Assembly (NCBI RefSeq): GCF_037042905.1
Contig: NC_087245.1
Span: 36,520,001 to 36,584,000 of the forward strand
Reading direction: 5' to 3'
Source of the DNA: Lytechinus pictus
Taxonomy: Eukaryota
DNA: 64,000 nucleotides
The notes beneath the pieces were generated by a model. That model did not search any database and was not told the DNA's origin. It saw only the letters and a list, made by a program, of their open reading frames with translations. The position numbers and the translations under genes are program-made. This document shows positions 12,223 to 24,439 of this stretch, in pieces (within the stretch, counting starts at the first letter, position 1; each line of letters opens with the position of its first letter).

Positions 12223-15027
12223 TCGCATAGAGTTGAATGTGACTGAGAGTGACACTTAAATTTCTAGGTGCGTGCGATATAAAAGGCATCACCGCATTGG
12301 TTAAATCATGCTAAGAGGATAAGCAGTACTGCATATTAATCTTTAAGATTTTGTGTTACATATCATGTGCATGCCAACAAAGCATGATGACTCTAAGTAA
12401 CATTAACTCGTTATGAAGCACCCCCAGGTATTCCACACATACATGTATCAGCTGCATGGCAGGAAGTAAATTTGTCCAGGATAAAAAAAAAATCACATTA
12501 TTAAAGGTCAAGTCCACCCTAGAAAAATTGAATGCCCATGAGCTGTATCTGACATTAACGATTGATCATAACTTTCGTAATAAAATGGTTTGCTTGATGG
12601 CTTCACAACTTTTTAATACATTTTACCCGATCTGCCATATCTTGGTCCTTCAAAATTTACTCAATACACCATTGCTGTTGAAAGACATGAATCCTTTCCT
12701 GTTTGTCCTGTCAAGCACATAAACTTGGTGAAGGATTCAATGACCCCTTGAAAATAGAATTCATGTCTTTTATAGGTACCATAACATAATTTGTTTCACA
12801 TAATAAAAGGATTTGAATAATTACAAATTCTCCCAATTAATAATGCAAATTTTCTTACTTGGGTTGACAAAAAGTCTTTTTTTTTCTTACTTATGAAGGA
12901 AAATTCCAAGGTAAAAGAAGTTTAATGAAAAACAAAATAATTCAGGTAAATAAATAAATTTGTAAATGAAATTTGACAGCATAATTCAAAAATTATGGCA
13001 AAGTTAATGAAAAGATTAAGAGGAAGTCTACTGAATAGCCAAAAGTCTAATCATAAAATTTCTCATTTCTGCCATTTTGGCGCAAGCCTCTTTTGAACCC
13101 CCGACAAAAACGTCCCGTGTTCGCTCAAGCATTAACAAAATTTATTTTTTTTAATGGCATTTCAAAGATAACATCTCAGAGCATCTATTAACATCAAAAT
13201 ATAGATATAATAATTTGAAACAATTTTTTATAAACTTTTCAAAACTGTCCCGTTTTTTTTATACGCACTGTATAGACTTACAGTTATACTTAATTCTTCA
13301 ATTAATCATCTCTTTTATATTACGGAGGTATGTCATAAATCCCTATTTTAACTTTAGAAGGACAGGAGACCACAAGGGTGATTCATTCTGCTATGATTCA
13401 TGATTAAATAAGATTTTGTCTGATTCTCTGCAAGGTGATCAATCTGAGAGAAAGACAATGCTCAATAAAAGAAGAAAATTTGAAGCAAGTGCTAATTGAT
13501 TTTGCCTGTAAGAGAAATGACTAATGGTATTTGGAAAGCAATTAAGGAGTGCGATCAGTCAGGTTTCTTAAGCAAGAATCACTCGCAAGAATCACAAATC
13601 CAAATTCAAACTATAAGCTTGATTATTCTTTTTAATAGTTTATTTTTTGTAATTTAAATGTAACAAAGAGGTAGGGTTCATTGTAAGTTTTGTAAGATAA
13701 TTTTCCTACGTGTGTTGACCTGAAAAGTTATCGTGTTTATGATGTTTTTTTTTAAATCCTTTGAAATGTAAATATATACATGCATTTTTGTTCATATTTC
13801 ATGTTACCCAGGGCCACCAAGCAAAATAGCATTTTTAATACTGATTGGGCTATTTGAAATAAATAGAAATGTCCAGTTACACCGTTTATGTTCTCATCTA
13901 TGTAAAGTTGTAAGGAAATTGTACATTTTGTTTTTACTGATATTTTTTGAGTATTTCTATCGACTCAGTTGAAAGAAATTGAAACTTTTAAACTCTAACT
14001 CTACAACTTTCTTTAAATGGTCCATGATTTTTAATTACTTGAGTAACATGGAAAGAGGCTGACATGGCGATAGACGAGTAAGACAGCTGAGCTAGGGCTG
14101 ACAAGATTTAATCATGTTATAAAATGAAGAAGGTACTAAGCTGAGGCAGGAGAAGGCGGAACAAAATGTTTGAGCTTAGAAGGGCATCGGGACAGATTTC
14201 ATCGTTCTGACATTCACACGTGCTCATATCCAACAAAGCGGGACTAGGGGCTTAGCCAAGGTTCTGCTGTCTTAGGTTACATTCTATTGAGCAGTTTTCT
14301 CCCTAGAATTGCGATTTTCAGAGATGTTTGGTTAAAACATGGCTGTGTTCAAGCGAATGTCGTCACTTTGAAAAAAAAATAGGTAGACTGTAAAATGGTG
14401 TTAAAGTTGACTCTTTTCAGTGTTCAGACCACATCCTGAGGTGTAAAAAAATACACCTTGGAGTTTGGACATAACACCAAACTAGTCGTGTTCAATAAGA
14501 AACATAATGTATCATTTAAACACCAATGGGTGTCAAACTAACACTAAATTTTATCGCTGGTGTCCAATGCTTGTGTGGTCCACTGTTAAAAGTGCTGATG
14601 CAGTTTCACCAAGACTGTTTTTGCCGTTTCTTTCGAGCCAATCGTTAAGCACTGCAATAATTTCAGCCTTGTTTCCATCACATTACATCACTCTTATGGC
14701 CTGCTTTTGCTTTTCAATCCAGGTTGACGTTTACTTCCTTGGTCGAAATGCACACCACCTTGCATGGTCAAATTTTGTAGAATCGTGGAAATAAACGTTG
14801 ATGAAAACTAGTCTGAATGCCTTCCCATAGTATATGTGTGGGCACATTGTTATATGTGACTCACATTACTATTGTGATCAATAGAAATTAGGTTGAATAC
14901 ACCCTAAATGGGGTATTTCCCCTGGTTGTTTCATCTGGATGTTTAAGCCAGCTTATATCAAGCTGTTATGCCCATTTGATCATATTCATCAAGAATCCTA
15001 TTTAAAAAAAAAGAATTTTGTTACCAT

Positions 15028-15278
15028 GGCCCTGTCTTACAAAGAGCTACGATTGATCCGATCAATCGCAACTATGAACGGCCAGCAATGTCAACATCTA
15101 TTATGCATGTTTGTTCAAAATATTTTCTAGCTGTGATGTATATTCATGCATTCATTGTCTTCTTAAAAATTCACTGCGCTTCTCTTTGCATACAAAGGAC
15201 ATTTTGCAAATTTTTCATAGAAAAAATTATGAGACCGATGGATTTCCAAAGTGTTGTAACTCTTTGTAAGACGGGGCC
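15028..15278. mobile_element. PIF/Harbinger-like MITE, family A copy 2 (inverted relative to 11718)
   Basis: Same TIRs; the interior is the reverse complement of the 11718 copy. Confidence 0.8.
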
Positions 15279-15426
15279 CTGGAATTAATTTCTAGATATC
15301 AATTTGTATGTTGTTAAAAAAATGGGAATTCTTGATATCAATAAATAGGATTAAGTGGTTTGGCTTGCCATATGTTCATTTGCATACACTAGCTGAAATG
15401 TCCTGGTGCAATGATCAGCCCCTTAA

Positions 15427-15819
15427 AGATAAATTCCAGTTGTGGGAACGATCTCAAAATGATTTTTTACAGAATTTAATATAATGATCACCAAAGTGTC
15501 TGCTTGTATGAATAAAAAATGTGTGCCAAAGGATTCTGGAAGAAATTGTGTAATTGCTGAGAAATAAGCAAAATAAGCGCGGATTCGGTCACTTCCGTCG
15601 GGTCTTTATTCCAGCAATAATAATACACTGTCCCACGTGTGCCTATCTGTGTTGGCGATCTTCAGTGTGATCGTTTTTAGCTAGATATTATGATTTCACA
15701 AAGTTCAGTTTATGTAACTGTACCAGATCTAGATCCACGATGATATTTCAATACTTTACCGTGGTTTTACAGACTTTCTCACGAAATTAGTGTTTTACTG
15801 CAACTACGTTCATTTAGCT
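15427..15819. mobile_element. Kolobok-like non-autonomous element
   Basis: TTAA on both sides; AG...CT termini with imperfect short TIR (AGATAAATTCCAGTTG vs rc AGCTAAATGAACGTAGTTG). Confidence 0.6.
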
Positions 15820-17884
15820 TTAAGTCAGATTACATTCTTTGATTGAAAAGGATAAAATGATAACATGTCACATGTTCTTACAACCTGATATACCCAAGAT
15901 CACCAGTTAGGGCCCCCTTGAAATTTCTCTTTCCCTTCAAATCAATGAATGAAAGCAAGCTGGGGACATTGACATTGCAAAAACAAGTTGAACGGCCGTT
16001 TTCAGAAGCCACAGGCTGCAGTGGAAAAGGAAAGTTTAATTTTAACCATGGTTAGGGGAAAAGGTTCAATAAACTCTTACAGTGTTGGCTTGAAAAATCA
16101 GATTTTTTTTTATTTGTTCATATAAAATGTCTGCAAATTTGTTCTACCAAACTTGGGCTACATGCCTAGCCATCAATTAGCAATTTCTTTCTATTTTGAA
16201 GTGAGAACTTTCATATTCTTGTTAATAAGATTATTTTGAACAAATATATCCTTTTTTTAGTAAGGTCTGTTTTTGTTGCCTTTTCGTAAAGCATTTCATA
16301 GCATTGACAAGCCAAGACTATATCTATAAATAATTTCATTTCTTATTTCATTCATATGGAGGGACAGAAATATACCAGCAAGTATGTTTCAGCAATTTTA
16401 TTCCACATCTACATATTTTTACTTCAGCTGATGTGCTTGTCACATGTGGCTTGCCTTACTCGCTCAAACACTGCAAAAACAACAGTGTTAAACCTATACC
16501 ATCAGTGTTTCAATGTACCACACCAAGCACTTTACACCAGTGATATATTCATGGTGTTATGGTGTATATTGAACACCTCAGGATACACTATTCACATAAC
16601 ACAGACTGGCATTCTTAACAATGGTGTTTTTCCAGTCAAGGTTTGTGCATGAATTTAGGATCAGCTTTACTCCTATAACACTCCCTCAAAAACATTCCAG
16701 AGCAAAAACAAATCATTACTGGGGGTTAGTCGATAGGATGTTGTTTATTTTTTTATTTTTTGCCATTCATCCTGTGTTTGGTATCAGTGATAATCTAATA
16801 ATCACTTCATATCTACCATAGATTATCACCATGGCAATCCTTTCATGTGGTTGTCAACGATGACCCAAAATAATGTGACCTTTGCTCTTTGGGGATTGGT
16901 ATTATACTGTATAGTGGGAGGAAGATTGAGAGCTAAAGAGTAATGTGGGAGCAAGGGAGCTGGGGACTGCATCTAGATATTAACCCACAGACTCTCCTGC
17001 ATCATGTATATCCCATAGACTTTCTACAGGGACCATTGATTTCAAGGAGGCAATGGGTTAAATTTAATGTGATATGTAGTATTATACATTCATATGTAGG
17101 AGTAGATTGAAAGGAATTAGTAATATAATGATTTGAGAGAATTATTGGTTGTGAAGGTAGAATGAAATTAGGTGGAAAGTAGAGTGAGCAAGAGGGAGAT
17201 AGAAGAGGGATTCGAGGAAGAAAGAGAGAGAGAATGAGGGATTGACAGAGCGAGAGATTGTTAGAGGTAGGAGAAAGATAGAGAAAGCAGGAAGAAGAGC
17301 AAGAACATGAGGGAGAGAGAAGGAAATAAGAGAGATAAGTGATGGAAGAGGTAGATAGAGAGAGAGAGAAGTTCATGTAGGATAGACACAAGAGAAAAGT
17401 TTGTTCATTTGGGAATTCATGGCTTTTCAATCCCGCCAAAAGTACCATACCTGATCTATCTTCCGTTAAAAAAAAGTTGTGGTAGAATGAAGGATGAAGG
17501 CGTGGGATATATAAAAATACAAAAGTCATAGCGGTGATACTGGCTTGCCAGATTAGCCTTAAACTTTAAATATGTGGTAGAATAATTGAGAATATGTGGG
17601 AGAAAACAAATAGAAGACAAATCTGAAATCGGGCTGGTAAAATCTAAATTAAGAACAACGTTAATGCAAGTGATACTTACAAGATTAGATATTATTAAAA
17701 GTAACTGAATTATTAATAAATATTAGCTAAACTTGTTGAGGTAAACTTGTGTGGGAAAATGCAGATATGTGAGGTTGAATAAAAAGGAGGAAAATTATAC
17801 AAAATCAGGCTGTTAGTTTGGAAAGTACAGTCAAACCTGTAAAGAATCAAACAAAAGATTTATTCAGTGTACTTTATCGTACAT

Positions 17885-18170
17885 TATTCACTTTGCCACT
17901 CTCTATCCAGGAGTTGAATGGGTACCCAGTAGGATACAAAAGCCTATCTATTATGCCAAGCAATTAAGTTTGGAAACTCTTGAAGGAATGCTTCCCAGGG
18001 AGTGGAGAAATTGCATACAATGTATGCGGGCATGCCAGGATCTGATGACCGGGGTAATAGCATATCTGTAAAGTGCATAGACATTGTTCCAATATAATAA
18101 TAATAATAATAATAATAACAATAAATATTTATATAGTGCCTATCAAAATTTATCTAAGCGCTTTACATCA
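17885..18170 (+). mobile_element. SINE core plus 3' tail, abutting an opposite-strand LINE-type tail
   Basis: ccactctc...ccagg...aatgggtacc core, gaccggggtaata...tgtaaagtgc tail, (ATA)n, then taagcgctttaca in reverse orientation. Confidence 0.6.
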
Positions 18171-18512
18171 CAAAACCTAACTACTTAACTTAATAAACTA
18201 AACTCACTTATCAACTTAACTACCTTACATGTACATGTATTTAGCACTACATAAGGGTCAAATATTAATATTATTATTATATTCTTTGAAGATATCAATG
18301 GTTTCAAAGCAAATGAACTAGATGGAGACAGAGATAACTATGTAGCTTCACTTTGACAGAATTAAGATGTATCGATTCCCACTGTATTTATGATAAACCT
18401 CAAATAACTGTAAAATAGAATTGGTTTCTTCAATTTCTTTCGTAATAGTGAGTGGAAGAATGATTTTTCATCCTCTTGTTTGTAGGATTGTAGACAGAAA
18501 GATAATACCCAG

Positions 18513-18824
18513 TGGCCCGTATTCTGAAGTCAGGTTTAACTTAGACCACAGTCTAACTCTGTACTAAAATTATGGGAAGCCAAGAAATCAATAATTAAGT
18601 TTATATTTTATATTTCTTATGTGTAATATTTTGTTTCCTTTTCTTTCATAATGAAGAAAATACTTCAGTTATCATTCCCAGACAATTATGAACAACGTGG
18701 GTGTCATATGAGTTAAAAAACTGAATGTTTACTGTTAGGGATTTATGCTCCAATTGGCTCTCCATACTTAAACCACAACTTTAAACCTGAGTTTAAGTTA
18801 AACCCGACTTCAGAATACGGGCCA
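18513..18824. mobile_element. PIF/Harbinger-like MITE, family B copy 1
   Basis: About 30-bp near-perfect TIR TGGCCCGTATTCTGAAGTC(A/G)GGTTTAACTTA; CAG/CTG flanks; relative at 55786-56094. Confidence 0.85.
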
Positions 18825-19602
18825 CTGGGTGTAGGTCAGAGAAATATGGACTATTATAATGAATGTTTATTTAAGTTCTTTAATAAGATTGGTAAAAAAA
18901 GAATTTGCAAGGACTACAGTGACTGCTGAATCTTTAAAAAAACCCATCAATTTCCACAAAGTTGATGTGTGCTGAGTTTATGAGCCAACAGGATGTGTGA
19001 AATGTGTAACTTCTGCTTTATAGATTTATATGTAAGGCATGAGTCATGTCATAAATTTTTGTTCCGTAAAATCTGCCGGTGTGGCGCCTTCACACGAAAC
19101 AACAGCAAATCAAGGGTTTTCTGTTCCCATGAACTAAAATGCTCTATATAAGGAAACATAAGTATGTAGCTTATAACAATAATCGGTGAAAATGGCTGAC
19201 TATTTTTCACTGCTTTGTTTCATGAATGCTCCCGTTGTCAAAGAAAGACAACGTTCGGATAGAAATTGTCGACAATATTTTTATACAGACAGAAGCCCCC
19301 CCCATGATATATCTGCTCCTGTGCATTGGAGCAGACTTGGTTGATGATTTCTTGGAAATTGGATCCAACACCTTCAACAAAAGGGAGTATCTTCTCTAAC
19401 CTTGGCATGTCTGTAAGGCATGCTAACCAGTGACTCAGACCAAAGGCGAGAATCTTTCTCCTTAGCATGTTTGATCGATGGTTAGTCAACAAAAAGATCT
19501 CTTTTCTCTCCCCCCCCCCCTTCTCTCTCTCTCTATCTTGAGCTCCACGTTCAGACTGTCTTCTGAGGGATTATTAAAATAGCTTGATTTATAAAGTGCT
19601 TT

Positions 19603-19809
19603 TTATTACCCTGCATGGCTTTAGCTCAAGCTGTCACTTCTTCAGCAGAACTTGGTGCATTCAAGGAATTCATCCTGCCAGATACCCATTCACCTCACCT
19701 GGGTTGAGTGCAGCAAAATGTGGATCAAATTCTTGCCATGACTTGGATTCAAACCCATGACCTTCTAATTGAAATATGTGAGTCAGAACCACTAGACCAT
19801 GATGCCCCC
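19603..19809 (-). mobile_element. tRNA-derived SINE (degenerate)
   Basis: On the minus strand: tggtctagtggtt (A box), ggtttgaatcc (B box), actcaacccaggtgagg..aatgggtatc core and gggtaataa tail. Confidence 0.65.
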
Positions 19810-20454
19810 ACAAATGATAGTAATCCTCATGTTTCTCAGAATTTTTTCTTAAATCTTGTTGTCTGGATGTTCATATATTGGGGGGTTTGGAGGCAAAATT
19901 TGGAGAAGAGAGTGATTTTGAGTGCAAATTGATGGGGCACACCTGTTTGTATAAATGGGCATATATGCAAAAAGCCGGTTCAGGGATGGCAGTTCATTTC
20001 ACAGCGTCTTTTCTGTTGTATGCACCCTCCCCTTTAAAACAAAATTTGCATCTGCTCTTTGCTGAGTGTAGTTTGTGTTTGAACTTGTGTGAGTGGTCAG
20101 TCATGAAAAAGATTAAAGGAGAAACTATCTTCCTAATTCTCCTTCTTTTTTGGCAAAAGTCTGAATGCAGTTGCTTTCCTATCACAGAGACAGTGGTGGT
20201 TAGATTGGCATTACTGTCTGTGTAAACATCAGATTGCTACCCGAGAACATCTTCCCCATCACCAGGCAGTTTTAAGGGCCCAATCAAACCATTTTATAAT
20301 ACCGAAACAGGAAAATTAAATGACGTTTATGTATAAAAATTGAATAATTTCCCCATCATGTTAAATGAATATTTGAACATTTTCATGAAAAAATGAAAGT
20401 TGAAAAATTCCGGGGGGGGGGGGGTGGATGAACTCCCCCTACTGTGTACGTCAT

Positions 20455-20625
20455 GCAGGTAGCGTATAGGTAGCCAAGCTAAAGCCAGGGTAATAATAGC
20501 AGGGCCCGCTGGGAGAACAGTTTTCGGAACTGAAGTGGCTACCCTGGGGAAATATACCATTATTATTATTATTATTATTATCATAATTATCATCATTATT
20601 ATGATCATTATTATCATCATTATTA
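20455..20625 (+). mobile_element. 5'-truncated retroelement 3' end with (ATT)n tail, copy 1
   Basis: About 100 bp nearly identical to 22738-22843 (gctgggagaacagttttcggaactgaagtggctaccctggg) followed by ATT repeats. Confidence 0.75.
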
Positions 20626-21053
20626 TGTTAGAGTATTATGATTTGAAGTTGAAAGCTATTCTACTCTTTAATTCTTATTTCCTCAGACTCTCACCGAATA
20701 CTACACCATAAAACACATTTTTTTCTTCAATGAAACAAGCTTATATGAAAAGGTTCCCTGTGAGGGATAATCATTGCATGTATATTTAATGTGTTTCAAC
20801 GTATCATTGCTTGCGGCTCATTACTTTCTTCTGATGGGAAGTAGATTTATATTGGAGATGATGGATGAGCTTTTCTCTCTCACCATCCTTCCATCTGCAA
20901 TCTCTCTCGTTTCCAACGTTGCCATGGTAATTGCCGAATATCAGATCTGATACTGTATAATAATTCATGGGCAATGAAGTATTCACAGGAACTGCATTAG
21001 GAAGGGATCAGGTGCACATTCTATTTTAGCTCTTGGAACTAAAATCTAAATGA

Positions 21054-21391
21054 CAGGGTTCCCAGCCCATAAGGGAAAATTATTTTACTTTTTTCCAGTC
21101 AGGGAAAAATCAGGGAATTTGATAAAAAATACCTTAAATCAGGGGAAAATACCTCAAATGAGGGGAAATCAGGGAATTTTGATAGGCCCAAAGGTCGAAA
21201 GCACGGTAGTCAGTCAGGCTCTTATATTATGTTGCATATCAAAACAACATCCATTGAATGACTGGTTATGGTGGTTTTTTATTGTGTAGCCTCTTTGACT
21301 GCACTGCAACAACTTAGAAAACATGCGAAACTGGGAATGGGTTTGAATAATTATCAGAGAATTTTGTTTTTGTGAAAAACTGGGAACCCCG
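21054..21391. mobile_element. hAT-like MITE
   Basis: CAGGGTTCCCAG ... CTGGGAACCCCG ends; internal tcagggaa subrepeats; no clean TSD. A related left end is at 10937. Confidence 0.55.
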
Positions 21392-21676
21392 ATTGATGTT
21401 CTATTTTTATGTTTTAAGTCTTAAGACCATCTCAAGAATATAAGTATAAAGCAGATGATAATTTTTCACGGAAATCAGTACTATTTCTGAACCCAAAATG
21501 TAGAAATCCGTCGATTTTGCATATTGCATAACTTTATGAGCAAATAACAGATGAGGGTCACATCTAAGTACACAGTAAAAATGAATAATTTACACTTGAG
21601 GATCCAGGATTTTTTTAAGGGGGTGCGCCTTAACCGCCAAACAGGGTAGCAGAGACTCCCATCTCTTTATCTCTTT

Positions 21677-21742
21677 GGGGCTTGAACTGCCGACCTGCCG
21701 GTTGGTGAGACGGACGCTCTACCAAGCGAGCCAACACACCGG
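21677..21742 (-). mobile_element. tRNA-like SINE head
   Basis: Minus strand TGGCTCGCTTGGTAGAGCGTCCGTCTCACCAACCGGCAGGTCGGCAGTTCAAGCCCC has A/B-box-like motifs but no proper acceptor stem. Confidence 0.6.
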
Positions 21743-22359
21743 TCATAATTATTGTTTGTGCTTTTCGTAAACTTTTTTTTTTTTACCATTTGAATTAGAA
21801 ATATGGTGAAATGATACATGTAAGTTTGTGCAAAGTAAAGTAAATGATGTAAACAAACATGTAAGTTGAAAATGACTGACTGTAATAAGTTGAATGAATG
21901 ATTGTCATAAGTGCAGACAAAAGCAAAGTTAACAGATTCAAAATTTTGGAAGGTTTCAAATAGTAAAAAGTGAAAAAAAGCAGATTTCAATGGTGGCGTA
22001 CGTGCTTCCTTGCATGTATATCCCCTTCCTTTCTGTAGTCGGATCCCTATTTATACAACCCAGGGAAGGCCCGAGGCAAGACAATTGCATAATTTACCCT
22101 GATCCTGCAGCCGACTCCAGGGGGCCTGTTCTAGGTGCATCGTGAGGCCTGTGGTGCAGTGCCATACATGTCATGTAGTTTAGATTCAACTATTGGAGAC
22201 AGTCTTCCGGCCCACGTGTGTCAAGCTTTCATTTCTGATCATACTCAACGAAGATCTACCGATGTTTGAAATAAATTTGAATAGAGTAGGGAACAGAAAA
22301 GGCCTTTTTGACCCCCTTCCTTTTTCTGCTGTCCATTTTCTTTTTTCTCTCTTTTTCCA

Positions 22360-22384
22360 TATCTATCTATCCATCCATCCATCC

Positions 22385-22464
<80 letters not shown>
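22360..22464. repeat. (TATC)n microsatellite
   Basis: Direct observation. Confidence 0.97.
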
Positions 22465-22737
22465 CTTTCTCTTTGTTTCTTTCTCTCTTGGAATTTACCT
22501 TCCTTTCTTGCTTCCTATATTATCTTAACTATATTTTCTTTCTTTTTTTAATTAATTTCTCTTTCTCTTCATAGTCATTATTTTATTCATTTTGATGAGT
22601 AGTAGCCTGTTTTTTAAAAGAATATAATTTGGATGTACATGTATATTCTTCTCATTATTATTATTATTGTTGTTTTTTTTTTTTGGGGGGGAGATAGGTT
22701 GGAAAAGTGTACTGTCTATTTTATGTATAAATACCTG

Positions 22738-22843
22738 AATAGGTAGCCTAGCTTTGCCGGGTAATAATAACAGGGCCGCTGGGAGAACAGTTTTCGGAAC
22801 TGAAGTGGCTACCCTGGGTAAATATACCATTATTATTATCATT
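22738..22843 (+). mobile_element. 5'-truncated retroelement 3' end, copy 2
   Basis: Direct repeat of the 20455 element. Confidence 0.75.
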
Positions 22844-24182
22844 ATATGCACATATTTATTTAATATAAAGTTATCTCATCTAGAGAAATTAATATCATGG
22901 ACATCTCTGCATTCAATTTCTAAAGACTTCATCAACGATTGATGTGGAAAGCTGGATCATGAAAAGAATTTGTTATCGGTTATTGCAAAATTAATACAGC
23001 TCTCCATGCAACGAAGCACCGGAAAGCATTTCATTTGTGACAATGGCAACAAATGGGCTCAACAGAGTTCAGTCATAATATGTTAATGGTGTATGCTGTA
23101 TACAGATGAAGATCATGTAGATTGCATAATGGCTCTTTGCATGCATCGCTCAATTCGCTTCAGAATCATTCTCCGTTCATGCATAAATATGTAGATGTGT
23201 AGCACATCCTCGTCAGCTGAATTAATAGAGGATTTCATCAACTTGCTGGATCGTATTCCAGAATATCTCCCCAATTGGGATGCCCAGGCATTTATCAGGG
23301 AGGCTACACTGTGTCAGCTTCATATCCAATGAAGGCCAGAACAATCAGTCAATATTACGTTGAGGCAATGCCTAATTGCAATGTGGCTGAAATTTGGTTG
23401 ATTGTGCAGCTACAGGTTGGTGATTTGCTTCAAACGGGCGTGCGTATTCGTTGTCGTAGAGTGAGTCAAGCGCTTGCTCACACAAAGGAGGATGATTATA
23501 TTCACGTTTTCTTCTGCAGTCGTTAGTAATTGGTATTGCTTTCTTATGTTGAGTTTAACTTTTTTGTTTAGAAAAAAATTGTCTTCATTATCATTTTGCT
23601 TGTTTTTATTCCCAAACACAATCAACACAAGATTCTTGTATCATTCTGATTTCACTTCACATCTCATGAGGTGAGATGTTCTTTTGTCTCGCCATATTTT
23701 CAAGAGACATTTCAAAAGATTAGTCATAAACGACGAAATGGGAAGAAGAATATAGTAAATGGTGATGAAGGAGATATTAATGACGAAGAAAGAAAAATTG
23801 AGAAGATCAAGACCGAAAGGATGGACCAGTAAAATAATAGGGGGAAAATGGTTTAGAAGAAAGAAAACTATGAAAATTATTATACATTAGTTATAAATAG
23901 CAGAAATTATTGTTTAAAAGATGAAAGAGAAGAAACAAATCTCTTAACAACTTGTTGGACATATTGATATTTGGTCATATTGTGTGAATGTGAGTGTTGT
24001 TACTGATGCAATTCCTCCCGACGTGGTCCTGTGCATTGCATTGTGGGTATTATGTAGCATAATGAGCACCCTGAATGTGCCCCTCTCCAACGTCTTCAAT
24101 CCTTTCTTCCTTGGATAATCCTGCATCGTCCTCCAAACTGGAGGTGTGAGACGATCGGGGAAACACAATACTATCAATTCCA

Positions 24183-24373
24183 CCTGCATGTAGTCAGAAG
24201 GAGAATAACTTCCCTTTGAATTGATTTGATTTTGTCTCGGGGGGGGGGGGGGGGGGAAGAGGGGGGTATGCTAGAGTTTCACTCTTCCTGCATGTAGTCA
24301 GCACATAATAACTTCCCTTTGATTTGATTTCGTTCCAGGAGGGGGGGGGGGGTTATGCTAAAGTTTCACTCTT
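24183..24373. repeat. Tandem duplication (about 90-105 bp, two copies) containing poly-G runs
   Basis: cctgcatgtagtcag...ataacttccctttga...G-run...tatgcta(g/a)agtttcactctt starts at 24183 and again at 24287. Confidence 0.9.
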
Positions 24374-24439
24374 GTTTCTGGGTAGAAATATTGGTTCAAG
24401 TAGTGTTTAGGAAAACAACGTCAGCAGATGCTGAATTAG

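Noticed and set aside
12500..13272. Autonomous transposon
   Set aside because: Only isolated ends (Kolobok-like ttaaaggtcaagtccacc, Tc1-like ...cactgta) and no transposase ORF; likewise for single ends near 26885 and 49000.
21677..21742. tRNA gene
   Set aside because: A/B-box-like motifs only; no complete cloverleaf or acceptor stem, so better explained as a SINE head.
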